Assembly: GCA_007129985.1 (NCBI GenBank) | Contig: SKUL01000325.1 | Location: 1 to 39,048, forward strand | Direction of reading: 5' to 3' | Origin: Flavobacteriales bacterium | GTDB taxonomy: Bacteria; Bacteroidota; Bacteroidia; Flavobacteriales_D; SKUL01 | Length of the DNA stretch: 39,048 nt | In this document: in pieces, positions 1 to 8,871 of the stretch | Position numbering within the stretch: the first letter of the stretch is position 1 | Layout of the letters: every line of letters starts with the position of its first letter | Notes under the pieces: generated by a model | The model's database searches: none | What the model saw: the letters and a program-made list of their open reading frames with translations, nothing else | Told to the model about the DNA's origin: nothing | Position numbers and translations under genes: made by a program

Positions 1-308
1 AAATCGTTGTAGTCCAGCGCGAAAATGACATCCGCATCTTCAATCAGCGGAAGAGCCTTGTCGCGCTCGCGCTCAAAGTTGATAACGTCGTCGTTTCCGG
101 GTAAAAAGTGCAGAAATGCGGGGTAGTCATTGGGTACGATAATGTGCACGTCGATTGCCCATTTTTTGAGAATGTGGTACCACGCAAGACCTGAGCCCAT
201 GGCATCACCGTCGGGATTTTTGTGTACGGTCACCACGGCCGACCTTCTATTAACCAGCAACTGCTTGAGCTGCAGATATGACTTTGTTGGAAAAGGCATT
301 TGAGACAT
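1..308 (-). CDS. nrnA: DHH-family phosphoesterase, NrnA-like (oligoribonuclease/pAp phosphatase); N-terminal ~102 codons, gene continues past the left edge
   Basis: Not in the ORF track (no stop in the window). Hand translation from ATG (cat at 306-308): MSQMPFPTKSYLQLKQLLVNRRSAVVTVHKNPDGDAMGSGLAWYHILKKWAIDVHIIVPNDYPAFLHFLPGNDDVINFERERDKALPLIEDADVIFALDYND. The H-x-N-PDGDAMGS motif is the DHH motif I/II region of NrnA-type proteins. Confidence 0.75.
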   Translation of the reverse strand, partial: MSQMPFPTKSYLQLKQLLVNRRSAVVTVHKNPDGDAMGSGLAWYHILKKWAIDVHIIVPNDYPAFLHFLPGNDDVINFERERDKALPLIEDADVIFALDYND

Positions 309-358
309 GCGGTAAAAATAGCCATTGACATCCAACTTGGGGTAACGGTTGATTTTTC

Positions 359-366
359 TACTTTTG
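359..366 (+). promoter_or_regulatory. Bacteroidota-type -7 box (TACTTTTG) upstream of ndk
   Basis: Matches the TAnnTTTG consensus 31 nt upstream of the ndk ATG. A TTG lies 19 nt further upstream (337-339). Confidence 0.3.
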
Positions 367-397
367 CGCCGATTTTAAAACCATAAAACGCAAAGCA

Positions 398-817
398 ATG
401 GCTGGAAACAGAACCTTCACCATGATTAAGCCCGACGCAGTGTCGGCCAACAATATTGGCAACATTCTCGCGATGATTGAAAAGGCCGGATTTCGCATCC
501 GCGCCATGAAATTTACCCGTTTGAGCCGTGTGGATGCCGAAACTTTTTACGCTGTACACAAAGAGCGTCCGTTTTTTGGCGAGCTCGTAGACTACATGAT
601 TTCAGGTCCGATTGTGGCAGCCATTCTTGAAAAAGACAATGCGGTAGAAGATTTCCGCAAACTGATTGGAGCCACTGACCCAGCTGAGGCAGCGGAAGGC
701 ACCATCCGAAAACTCTACGCTAAATCAAAAGCTGAGAACGCGGTTCACGGTTCCGACAGCGACGAGAATGCAGAAATCGAGTGCTCTTTTCACTTTGCCG
801 GCAGGGAGATTTACTGA
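398..817 (+). CDS. ndk: nucleoside-diphosphate kinase
   Basis: 139 aa. The N-terminus [12 protein letters not shown] and the NAVHGSDS active-site His region are canonical NDK. Confidence 0.97.
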   Translation: MAGNRTFTMIKPDAVSANNIGNILAMIEKAGFRIRAMKFTRLSRVDAETFYAVHKERPFFGELVDYMISGPIVAAILEKDNAVEDFRKLIGATDPAEAAEGTIRKLYAKSKAENAVHGSDSDENAEIECSFHFAGREIY

Positions 818-840
818 GAACTTCGTTCAGGGAAAGACAT

Positions 841-880
841 AAAAATCGCGGTGAGTCAATGATTCACCGCGATTTTTTTT
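841..880. terminator. bidirectional intrinsic terminator
   Basis: aaaaATCGCGGTGAgtcaatgaTCACCGCGATtttttttt: a 10-bp perfect stem flanked by an A-run and a T-run, between ndk (+) and the minus-strand ORFs to its right. Confidence 0.7.
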
Positions 881-1486
881 GAGGAGCGCTTGTTGATTCG
901 AACGTGAGGAGCTACGGTGTGTGACTCCTCCATCCACTTTATCCGGGTGAGGGATAATTGGCTGCCATCTTTCAGGCTGGCCGATTTGAGCAACCGGGGA
1001 AGTTCCCTTTCAATCCAAAACAGATCTTGGTTCTCAATCCAGGTGGCACCTCCCTTTTGGTGGAATACCCATCTCGGCAGATGCACCTTTCGGAAAAAAC
1101 GAACGAACAACGACGCAAGCTATGTATTTCAATCCGCAAACTACCCTGCTGCATACCAAAGGTTTCCAACCGGGTATTCACAATGCTTTTGAACAAATGT
1201 TGAAATCGTTTCAGCCTGCCATGCGTTGCGGCTGTTCTTCCTGCTCGGCCAGTAAAGATCTTCCCTTTCGGGTGAGGCAGTAACCTCCTTTGTTCTCGAT
1301 GAGATTTTCGAGGTACAAACGGGTAATGCGCTCCCCAATGCGCGCCTGATTGATAGATAGATTTGATGTGGATTCGATCCGTTTCCAAAAGGTACGTTCT
1401 AATTGCGATAAACCGATGTTCATTTTAAGCCCGTTTTCGCGATGGTCGCTGATGATGTCCAGTAGAAGTAGATCGTATTTGTCCAT
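856..1486 (-). pseudogene. possible frameshift-disrupted gene (three abutting minus-strand ORF fragments in three frames)
   Basis: ORFs 1211..1486, 972..1388 (unique part about 1090-1220) and 856..1110 tile the interval on one strand and end at the terminator. No family recognised. Confidence 0.25.
1211..1486 (-). CDS. hypothetical small protein (91 aa)
   Basis: Intact ORF with ordinary protein-like composition (MDKYDLLLLDIISDHRENGLKMNIGLSQLERTF...). No motif recognised. It may be the N-terminal piece of a decayed longer gene. Confidence 0.4.
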   Translation of the reverse strand: MDKYDLLLLDIISDHRENGLKMNIGLSQLERTFWKRIESTSNLSINQARIGERITRLYLENLIENKGGYCLTRKGRSLLAEQEEQPQRMAG

Positions 1487-1755
1487 GACGTAAGTTAAAT
1501 TATTGAGGTTAGTGGTTCATTTTCGTTGCATTACCCCGATCAAACACACCTTCCTACCCATCAAACGATATCCATGCCCGTAACGATGTTCGGGTGCGGC
1601 AACACGTTGTTTTTTCAGGGATGGGAACCAAAAATCCGGAACCCGTTTGCGAAGCGAATGTAGGCAATGAAGCTACTCCTAACAAGCCATGTTGAAAACT
1701 CAGGAGATTTCCACAAGGCTGTTAAAAAGTAAATTTTGCGTTAAGTAATCCATGC

Positions 1756-2298
1756 TCATGAAATACCCAATTCCGGGTTTTTCCCCTTGATATTGCGGAA
1801 GAAACGAACCACAAAATCGGATTCTTCCTCCCAGGTTCCGGTGGCCATTTTTGCTTCGGTGATCTCTACGGTTCGCGTGGCGTAATTGAGCCCCACCAGA
1901 ACGTACGGGATGTTCACACCTCTGGCGATATGGTAGAATCCGCTGCGCAAAGAAGAAACTTTACCGCGGGTTCCCTCAGGCGAAAGCGCAAGGCGAAATT
2001 CTGGCATCTCCTTGAATATACGAATGGTAGCATCAACTGCTTTTTCGTTTGCCTGCCGGTTTACAGGAAATCCGCCAAGACTCAAAAAAAAGTTTTTGAA
2101 CGGAAATTTGAACAACTCCTTTTTGCCCAAAAAGCGGATATCAGTTTGTACATAATCGCGGGCAGCTACTCCGTAAATGAAATCCCAGCTACTGGTATGA
2201 GGACCAACCAACACAATGTACTTGGGCAAATCGGGGAGCTGGCCTGTTACCTTCCATCCGTTGCGCCTGAATACCCATCTGCAAAACGCCACAAACAT
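1756..2298 (-). CDS. lysophospholipid (1-acyl-sn-glycerol-3-phosphate) acyltransferase family protein
   Basis: HTSSWD (the HX4D acyltransferase motif) and SPEGTR (the PEGTR motif). 180 aa, placed 2 nt after coaE. Confidence 0.8.
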   Translation of the reverse strand: MFVAFCRWVFRRNGWKVTGQLPDLPKYIVLVGPHTSSWDFIYGVAARDYVQTDIRFLGKKELFKFPFKNFFLSLGGFPVNRQANEKAVDATIRIFKEMPEFRLALSPEGTRGKVSSLRSGFYHIARGVNIPYVLVGLNYATRTVEITEAKMATGTWEEESDFVVRFFRNIKGKNPELGIS

Positions 2299-2300
2299 AT

Positions 2301-2879
2301 TCAGCCCTCCAGTTGATTGATAATACTTTCTACCTGCGGAACCAATAGTTGTTGGTCGTCATTCACCACCACAAAATCGGCGTGCTTTGCTTTTTCGGCT
2401 TCGGGCAGTTGCTGCTCCATGCGCCGACGAACTGCCTGCTCGTTGGTTCCATCACGCTGCACTACTCTTTGGACGCGTAAATCAGCGGGAGCGGTTACAA
2501 CCAGGAGGGCATCGCAGTGCTTCCAGCTTCCGGTTTCAACGAGCAATGCCGATTCTTTGAAGCAAATTTCGCTCTTCTGCTCCTTCAGCCAGTTTTCAAA
2601 ATCAGTTTGTACTCGCGGATGAACCACGGCGTTGAGCTTTGCCAACAACCCGGCATTCCCGAAAACCTTCAGGGCAATAGCGGGCCTGTTCAAACCTGAA
2701 CCATCGCGGACATCTTCGCCCAGCAAGGATACGATGGACTCAATTAACTCCGAATCGGTTTCCTGCAGATGGCGGGCCCGTGCATCGGCGTCGTACACCG
2801 GATAACCCATGGCGCGAATCAAGCGGGCAACAGTGGATTTACCACTGCCTATTCCACCCGTAATTCCCACCAGCTTCAT
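2301..2879 (-). CDS. coaE: dephospho-CoA kinase
   Basis: MKLVGITGGIGSGKSTV P-loop at the N-terminus, 192 aa, overall CoaE layout. Confidence 0.93.
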   Translation of the reverse strand: MKLVGITGGIGSGKSTVARLIRAMGYPVYDADARARHLQETDSELIESIVSLLGEDVRDGSGLNRPAIALKVFGNAGLLAKLNAVVHPRVQTDFENWLKEQKSEICFKESALLVETGSWKHCDALLVVTAPADLRVQRVVQRDGTNEQAVRRRMEQQLPEAEKAKHADFVVVNDDQQLLVPQVESIINQLEG

Positions 2880-2882
2880 GCA

Positions 2883-3212
2883 TCACTTTTTGGTCTCGAG
2901 GTCTTCGAGGGCCGCGGTGTTGTCGGGAGATATGGCCGACTTCTCCATGCGAAGTTTAGCTCCACCTGCATCAATCAAAATATTGGTGTCGTTAATTTCC
3001 AATATTTTGCCATGGATACCTCCGATGGTTACCACGCGCTGTCCTTTGGTTAGGCTCTCACGAAACTTCTTGGTTTCCTTGGCTTTCTTGGCCTGAGGGC
3101 GAATCATGAAAAAGTAAAAAACCACGATAATCGGCACCCAAAGAAAAAGTACTGTGGTCCATGATCCTTCGTCGCCGCCTGCCATCAGTAATACACTCAT
3201 TATTTGTGTCAT
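2883..3212 (-). CDS. yajC: preprotein translocase subunit YajC
   Basis: 109 aa, a single N-terminal TM segment, then [13 protein letters not shown]...[14 protein letters not shown], the typical YajC core. Confidence 0.9.
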   Translation of the reverse strand: MTQIMSVLLMAGGDEGSWTTVLFLWVPIIVVFYFFMIRPQAKKAKETKKFRESLTKGQRVVTIGGIHGKILEINDTNILIDAGGAKLRMEKSAISPDNTAALEDLETKK

Positions 3213-3226
3213 GTCTGTTCTTGTAT

Positions 3227-3679
3227 TTAGTCCGGAGTTACAATTTCGCCCTCCAGCGTAAGTACGGTGGTTGAAGGCGATGTGTTGGCCACCACCCGGA
3301 TGGCTACACTTTGAAATCCTCTTTTGTTTTTGCTGTTAAACTCTACGTTGATGCTTCCTTCGCCTCCAGGAGGGATGGGGTCGCGTGGCCAGTCTTTCAT
3401 CACTGTGCAGCCACACGAGCCTTCCACAAAACTCAGCACCAAGGGAGACTTACCCTCGTTGGTAAAATGAAAGCTGTGCTCGATGCGTTCGCCGTCGCTG
3501 AGAACCCCGAACCCAAAAGTGGGCTCTTCGAAATGGATGACCGGCATCTTTTCGGGGTCTTTGCTGAACTGACTTTTAGGGTTGTGCAGAATATCGGTGT
3601 CAATGCGGTCACTCCTATCGGTAACGCGACATCCGCTGAACACCAGCAGCAGCACAAAAAATACTCCCAGATTTCGCAT
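3227..3679 (-). CDS. DUF1573 domain lipoprotein
   Basis: Signal peptide with lipobox (VFSGC). The [13 protein letters not shown]...GSCGCTV motif is characteristic of DUF1573. Confidence 0.8.
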   Translation of the reverse strand: MRNLGVFFVLLLVFSGCRVTDRSDRIDTDILHNPKSQFSKDPEKMPVIHFEEPTFGFGVLSDGERIEHSFHFTNEGKSPLVLSFVEGSCGCTVMKDWPRDPIPPGGEGSINVEFNSKNKRGFQSVAIRVVANTSPSTTVLTLEGEIVTPD

Positions 3680-3680
3680 A

Positions 3681-4631
3681 TCAGTTTTCTATCAGTCCTC
3701 TGCCCGTTTTTTTAATCATTCCGCTCTCTTTCATCTCGGCGAAGAGCTTGTCGAGGATACCATTGATAAAGGTATTGCTTTTGGGCGTACTGTAATATTT
3801 GGAGATTTCGATGTACTCGTTGAGCGTAACCTTTGTTGGAATCTGCCGGAATTCGCGTGCTTCACTCAACGCCATCTTCATCAGAATCATATCGAGCAGG
3901 GCTATGCGCTCCATGTCCCAGTTCTCTGCTTTGGCGTTGATGAGCGCCTCATTCTCTTCACTCTGAAGAATGGTTTGGCGGTACAAATGCCGCACAAATT
4001 GCTGCTCGTCTTCGGGGTCCTTATACAATTCAAGAACCGGATGATCACTTCCTGACTTCTCACCAAAAGACTTGAATGTTTTGAGCGCCATGGAGCTGGC
4101 AAGGTCCAAATCATCTACCCAGTAAATACTGTTGTCCTCAAAATACTGTTGCAACGGCTCGTGGTTCACAACATGGGTCTTAAACAGGTTGATGATAACC
4201 TGCCTGTCGGTTTCGTAGTCCGTTTCGGGAGCTTCCATGTACGATTTGTACTCCTCTGTTTCAGTCAGGAGGCGGTACATTTTCTTCATCATTTCCTGCT
4301 GTCCGCCCCAGCCGATTTTCTCTTTTTCGGTAGCGTTCTTCAGGGCCTGATTCTGCTGCAACTGCACGATGAGCGCATTTTCCACAAAGCGCATGTTGGG
4401 GTTGAGGTCTTCTTGAGAAGGAAGTTTCTTCTTTTTCTTTTCCTCGATGTGCAGATTGGCCTGATGGGCAATTTCCACAAAAATCAATAGAAGGGAGATA
4501 TACATCTCTCGCATCTTGGCGATGGAGTGAAAAAGCTCTTTTTCACCTTTGTCCAGGCTCTCTTTGCTCTGCTGAAAATAGGCATAGAGGGCGTGAAAAA
4601 TCTTGATACGAAGATGTCGTCTGTTCAGCAC
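3681..4631 (-). CDS. nusB: transcription antitermination factor NusB (long Bacteroidota form)
   Basis: Track ORF 3681..4820 overlaps the upstream dehydrogenase. An in-frame GTG at 4631 (5 nt after that gene's stop) gives (V)LNRRHLRIKIFHALYAYFQ, the usual flavobacterial NusB N-terminus. The C-terminal half carries the NusB fold motifs (ALL..ILMKMALSEA, TPKSNTFINGILDK). Confidence 0.85.
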   Translation of the reverse strand: MLNRRHLRIKIFHALYAYFQQSKESLDKGEKELFHSIAKMREMYISLLLIFVEIAHQANLHIEEKKKKKLPSQEDLNPNMRFVENALIVQLQQNQALKNATEKEKIGWGGQQEMMKKMYRLLTETEEYKSYMEAPETDYETDRQVIINLFKTHVVNHEPLQQYFEDNSIYWVDDLDLASSMALKTFKSFGEKSGSDHPVLELYKDPEDEQQFVRHLYRQTILQSEENEALINAKAENWDMERIALLDMILMKMALSEAREFRQIPTKVTLNEYIEISKYYSTPKSNTFINGILDKLFAEMKESGMIKKTGRGLIEN

Positions 4632-4636
4632 GGCGA

Positions 4637-5743
4637 TTAGATTCTCTGGTTGATGGATGCAATACTTGCGATACGCTCCTCGGCCATACGATTGGCGGCG
4701 AGGTAAGTGGGTATCTTTTCGTCGGCCGATTTCTGCAGGATATTGAGGGTGGTTTGGTAGATGTCTTCCGTTTGGCGGTAAGCCATATCGCGGTTGTATC
4801 CAATCACCTCGGAGTAGCAATTGATGATGCCTCCTGCGTTAATCAGAAAATCAGGGGCGTAAATAATGCCTTTCTCCATGACGGCTGCACCGTGGCGTGC
4901 TTCTTCGGCGAGCTGATTGTTGGCTGCACCGGCAATGATGCTGCAACGCAAACGGCTCAGGGTGTCATCGTTGATGGTAGCACCCAAAGCGCATGGAGCG
5001 TAAATATCCATGTCGGCATCGTACACCTTGTCGGCATCCACTACTTCCACGGCGAACTTGGCTTTGGTGGCTTTGATGCGGTCTTCATGGATGTCGCTGA
5101 TGGCCACCTTGGCGCCTTCTTTAACAAGCAGTTCAACCAGGTATTGACCCACATGACCGGCTCCTTGAACCAGCACCTTCTTGCCTGCGAGGTTGTCATT
5201 TCCTGATTGGTGTTTCACGGCCGCTTTCATACCCATGTACACTCCATATGCGGTAACAGGCGACGGGTCTCCTCCTCCACCCCGGTACTCGGGCAAACCG
5301 GCAACGTGCTCGGTTTCCATGCTCACGTATTCAATGTCGCGGGTGGTGATGCCCACGTCTTCGGCGGTGATGTACTTTCCGCCCAGGCTATCCACAAACT
5401 GACCAAAACGACGGAAAAGCGCCTCGCTCTTGTGTTTGCGGCTATCGCCAATGATTACAGCTTTTCCACCACCGAGATTCAACCCCGAAATAGCTGATTT
5501 ATAGGTCATTCCGCGAGACAAACGAAGCACGTCGTTGAGTGCTTCCATCTCGTTGTTGTAAGTCCACATGCGCGTACCTCCCAAACTTGGGCCAAGTACA
5601 GTGTTGTGCACTGCAATAATGGCCCGAAGTCCTGTGGCTTTATCCTGACAAAAGAGCACCTGTTCGTGATCCATATCCACCATGGGGCGGATAATTGGGT
5701 TCTCGTAGGTGCCAACCGATTGCTGTTCTTCTACTTTCAACAT
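4637..5743 (-). CDS. Glu/Leu/Phe/Val dehydrogenase family, leucine dehydrogenase-like
   Basis: 368 aa. GPSLGGTRMW and NLGGGKAVI (catalytic Lys region), plus the Rossmann motif VQGAGHVG. Confidence 0.9.
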   Translation of the reverse strand: MLKVEEQQSVGTYENPIIRPMVDMDHEQVLFCQDKATGLRAIIAVHNTVLGPSLGGTRMWTYNNEMEALNDVLRLSRGMTYKSAISGLNLGGGKAVIIGDSRKHKSEALFRRFGQFVDSLGGKYITAEDVGITTRDIEYVSMETEHVAGLPEYRGGGGDPSPVTAYGVYMGMKAAVKHQSGNDNLAGKKVLVQGAGHVGQYLVELLVKEGAKVAISDIHEDRIKATKAKFAVEVVDADKVYDADMDIYAPCALGATINDDTLSRLRCSIIAGAANNQLAEEARHGAAVMEKGIIYAPDFLINAGGIINCYSEVIGYNRDMAYRQTEDIYQTTLNILQKSADEKIPTYLAANRMAEERIASIASINQRI

Positions 5744-5815
5744 TTGATGGAAAAAAGAGTTTTATGATGGAATCGCGTACTTTTAAACCCGCTAAAACGG
5801 GGGTCTAACCAGCGG

Positions 5816-5823
5816 CAAAAATA
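5816..5823 (-). promoter_or_regulatory. candidate -7 box (TATTTTTG) for the dehydrogenase-nusB operon
   Basis: Reverse complement of caaaaata matches TAnnTTTG, 73 nt upstream of the ATG at 5743. Confidence 0.25.
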
Positions 5824-5863
5824 CAGAATAATTGTTGCCTCCCTTTCCGTTTTATACCAAGCC

Positions 5864-7759
5864 ATGAAACACCTCGCACACCTCAACCGGTACTTTGTTC
5901 AATACAAGTGGCACATGGTGTTGGGAATTGTGTTCATCATTCTGAGCAACATTTTTCAGGTGTATGCGCCGCAGGTGGTTCGCGGTGCTTTCGACATGCT
6001 TCAGGAGTCTATTGAACAGTACAACACCATGGGTGATGACGACCCCGCGGAACTCACCATGCCCTCTTCCGTTGCCCTCGTGCTGCCGATGATTGGTCAG
6101 GACCCGGCAGACTGGCTGAAGCTCGATAACAAAAAGCAACTCGCCCAAACCATTCTCAGCCTGAGTATTGTATTAGCTGTGTTGTACCTGGTGCTGGCTT
6201 TGCTGAAAGGGATTTTCCTGTTTTTCACGCGGCAGACGCTTATCGTGATGTCGCGGCACATTGAATACGACCTGAAAAACGAAATCTTCGACCACTACCA
6301 GCGCCTCGACCTGGCTTTTTACAAGCGCAACAATACGGGCGATTTGATGAACCGCATCAGCGAGGATGTGAGTCGTGTAAGGATGTATCTCGGCCCTGCG
6401 GTGATGTACACCATTAACCTTGTGGTGCTGTTTATTCTGGCCATTGGAGCCATGCTTTCGGTGAGCCCCTTGCTGACGATGTACGTGTTGATTCCGCTGC
6501 CCATTATGTCGGTGCTCATTTATTACGTGAGCACCATCATCAACAAGAAAAGCGAGGAAGTGCAACGGCAGCAATCGCTTTTATCCACCTTGAGCCAGGA
6601 GGCTTTTTCGGGCATCAGGGTATTGAAAGCTTTCAACAAGGAACTACAATACAGCCAGCGTTTTGACGACGCTTGTAAGGTGTACCGAAAACGTCAACTC
6701 TCACTTGTAAAGGTGGATGCGCTCTTTATGCCCACCATTATATTACTTATCGGACTCAGCACCATGCTTGCCATTTATGTGGGTGGCGTGATGGTCATCA
6801 ACGGGCGCGACGGCATTACCGTGGGAAACATCGCCGAGTTCGTCATTTATGTGAACATGCTTACGTGGCCTTTTGCTGCGGTGGGCTGGGTAACGTCGCT
6901 GGTGCAGAGGGCATCCGCGTCGCAGGAGCGCATCAATGAATTTTTGAAGCAGGAACCCGAAATCCGCAACGAGCGAGAAACCGATGCGCCCATCCGAGGA
7001 AAAATTGAGTTTAGGAATGTGTCCTTCCGTTATCCCGATACCGGAATTCAGGCTCTCAAGGGTGTGTCCTTTAGCGTGGACTCCGGTAAAACACTCGCCA
7101 TATTAGGCCGAACCGGCTCCGGAAAATCAACCATTGCCAACCTTGTTGCCAGACTTTTTGAGGCCGACAGCGGCGAGATTCTGGTTGACAACCAACCCAT
7201 TCGGGAGCACAATCTCTATCAATTGCGACGCAGCATTGGCTATGTACCGCAGGATGTGTTCTTGTTTTCTGACAGCATTGCCAACAACATCAGTTTTGGA
7301 TTGGACCCCGGTTCGGAGTTTCCTTTGCAGATTCGCGAGGCCGCCCGAAAAGCCGATGTGCTGCAAAACATTGAAGACTTCCGCGACCAGTTTGAAACTG
7401 TATTGGGCGAGCGCGGCATTACACTTTCCGGCGGACAAAAACAGCGTGTGTCTATTGCACGTGCCATCGCCAAAGACCCCAAAATTCTTATTCTTGATGA
7501 CTGCCTTTCTGCGGTGGATACCGAAACCGAGGAGAACATTCTGCAGAACCTGAAACCGGTGATGAAAGACAAAACTGCCATCATTATCAGTCATCGGGCA
7601 TCCTCTGTAAAAAGTGCCGACCACATTTTGATACTGGATGAAGGCCTTGTTGCCGAAGAAGGAACCCACGAAGAACTGATTGAAAAACAGGGCATTTACT
7701 TCGAACTCTACCAGCAACAATTAGCCGAATCGCAAAAAATTACCGACGAACAAGCTTAA
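5864..7759 (+). CDS. ABC exporter, fused permease/ATPase (MsbA/ABCB-type)
   Basis: 631 aa. N-terminal 6-TM domain, Walker A GRTGSGKST, signature LSGGQKQR, Walker B ILILDD, H-loop SHR. Confidence 0.92.
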   Translation: MKHLAHLNRYFVQYKWHMVLGIVFIILSNIFQVYAPQVVRGAFDMLQESIEQYNTMGDDDPAELTMPSSVALVLPMIGQDPADWLKLDNKKQLAQTILSLSIVLAVLYLVLALLKGIFLFFTRQTLIVMSRHIEYDLKNEIFDHYQRLDLAFYKRNNTGDLMNRISEDVSRVRMYLGPAVMYTINLVVLFILAIGAMLSVSPLLTMYVLIPLPIMSVLIYYVSTIINKKSEEVQRQQSLLSTLSQEAFSGIRVLKAFNKELQYSQRFDDACKVYRKRQLSLVKVDALFMPTIILLIGLSTMLAIYVGGVMVINGRDGITVGNIAEFVIYVNMLTWPFAAVGWVTSLVQRASASQERINEFLKQEPEIRNERETDAPIRGKIEFRNVSFRYPDTGIQALKGVSFSVDSGKTLAILGRTGSGKSTIANLVARLFEADSGEILVDNQPIREHNLYQLRRSIGYVPQDVFLFSDSIANNISFGLDPGSEFPLQIREAARKADVLQNIEDFRDQFETVLGERGITLSGGQKQRVSIARAIAKDPKILILDDCLSAVDTETEENILQNLKPVMKDKTAIIISHRASSVKSADHILILDEGLVAEEGTHEELIEKQGIYFELYQQQLAESQKITDEQA

Positions 7760-7772
7760 ATCGGGAATTTTT

Positions 7773-7780
7773 TATATTTG
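7773..7780 (+). promoter_or_regulatory. candidate -7 box (TATATTTG)
   Basis: TAnnTTTG match 35 nt upstream of the ATG at 7816, followed by an A/C-rich leader. Confidence 0.35.
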
Positions 7781-7815
7781 TTTGGATTCGATCAACCAAA
7801 AAACCAAACAACAAC

Positions 7816-8205
7816 ATGTCTGACCACGGAGCGAATAGAAAGTCGCGGGAGGATGTTTATTCGAAAGCAGTACGAGCCGGCAAACGCACCTACTTTTTCG
7901 ATGTGAAGAGCACCCGCGGAAATGACCTTTACCTGACCATTACGGAGAGCAAAAAGCGCTACTCAGATAACGGCGACACTTATTACGAAAAGCACAAACT
8001 TTTTCTCTACAAGGAGGACTTTGAGAAGTTCATTGAAGGCTTGCAGGACACCATTGATGAAATTTACGAGCTACAAAACGGAAACGGCGTTTACAACAAC
8101 GGTAAGGAAGAACTTCCGGAGCGGGAGTATGGTAACCGCGCTGCCGAAACCGTAGAGCCGTACAACGATGTCAGCTTTGACGATCTCGGCAAAACGGGCG
8201 AATAA
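7816..8205 (+). CDS. PUR-alpha-like DNA/RNA-binding protein (DUF3276)
   Basis: AGKRTYFFDVKSTRGNDLYLTITESKK...HKLFLYKEDFEKF is the conserved DUF3276/PUR repeat core as I recall it from Bacteroidota. Confidence 0.7.
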   Translation: MSDHGANRKSREDVYSKAVRAGKRTYFFDVKSTRGNDLYLTITESKKRYSDNGDTYYEKHKLFLYKEDFEKFIEGLQDTIDEIYELQNGNGVYNNGKEELPEREYGNRAAETVEPYNDVSFDDLGKTGE

Positions 8206-8214
8206 GTCAATCTT

Positions 8215-8733
8215 TCAGAAGGCTGTAAACAACTGAGCCTGCAAGCGCAGCAGTTCAGAGTACGCATCGGACAACACCACCTCATTTCCCGGTAGCTGTT
8301 GAATTCGCGAAAGACTGGGCTTGTAGTGCAGCACATTCACCTGAAGGTAATTCAGTACTCCTGTAAGGTGATCGAGTCCGCGCAAATTACCCGAACGTCC
8401 GGCCGATACCCCGATGAGCGCTGCTTTTTTTCCGTACCAGTGATGCGGCTCCACAGCGTCCAGAAAGAGTTTCAAAATACCGGGAAAGCCGCCATTATAT
8501 TCGGGCAAAACGAACACAAACTTATCAACATCTGCCACCATGCTCCGAATGGTCTTTTCAAATGCCGGTGAACGCTCGCCGTAAAGCTCCGAAAAAGCTA
8601 CTTCGCGCGGAAGGTCGCACAAGCTATAAACCTGTGTATTCAGGCCTTTTTCGCTGTAAAAATTCGCGGCCTTGTGCGCTATTTGCAGTGTTGCATTTTC
8701 GGGGCGATTTGTACCTGAAATAAAGGTGATCAT
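8215..8733 (-). CDS. NAD(P)H-dependent FMN reductase family oxidoreductase
   Basis: MITFISGTNRPENAT N-terminus and LPEYNGGFPGILK motif. I moved the start to the second Met because a TACTTTTG -7 box (8761..8768) lies inside the longer ORF's 5-prime extension. Confidence 0.8.
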   Translation of the reverse strand: MITFISGTNRPENATLQIAHKAANFYSEKGLNTQVYSLCDLPREVAFSELYGERSPAFEKTIRSMVADVDKFVFVLPEYNGGFPGILKLFLDAVEPHHWYGKKAALIGVSAGRSGNLRGLDHLTGVLNYLQVNVLHYKPSLSRIQQLPGNEVVLSDAYSELLRLQAQLFTAF

Positions 8734-8760
8734 AGAGCGTTCAATTAACAGAATTTTGTG

Positions 8761-8768
8761 CAAAAGTA
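8761..8768 (-). promoter_or_regulatory. candidate -7 box (TACTTTTG) for the FMN reductase gene
   Basis: Reverse complement of caaaagta, 27 nt upstream of the ATG at 8733. Confidence 0.3.
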
Positions 8769-8825
8769 TTCCTTTCTATGGGCTTTTTCGGCTTTGTGTA
8801 AACGGTACTTTTAACAGGGCTGTTG

Positions 8826-8833
8826 TACCTTTG
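8826..8833 (+). promoter_or_regulatory. candidate -7 box (TACCTTTG) for the parAB operon
   Basis: TAnnTTTG match 38 nt upstream of the parA ATG. Confidence 0.35.
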
Positions 8834-8871
8834 TTCTACTGTGGGCAGCCCACAATCAACAATAAAGAAAG

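Noticed and set aside
230-559. A 109-aa minus-strand ORF spanning the nrnA-ndk spacer and the 5-prime part of ndk.
   Set aside because: It overlaps the unambiguous ndk gene in antisense and is in a different frame from the real nrnA N-terminus (ATG at 308). Composition is not protein-like.
880-935. A tRNA-like GTTCGAATC (T-loop-like) string on the minus strand near 891-900, and a duplicated TGAGGAGC.
   Set aside because: The flanking bases cannot form a T-stem or an acceptor stem. No cloverleaf can be drawn, and no att-like duplicate was seen elsewhere in the window.
4632-4820. An N-terminal 63-codon extension of the nusB ORF (track start at 4820).
   Set aside because: The extension overlaps the 3-prime end of the dehydrogenase gene and is Pro/Arg-rich junk. 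An in-frame GTG at 4631 yields the conserved NusB N-terminus.
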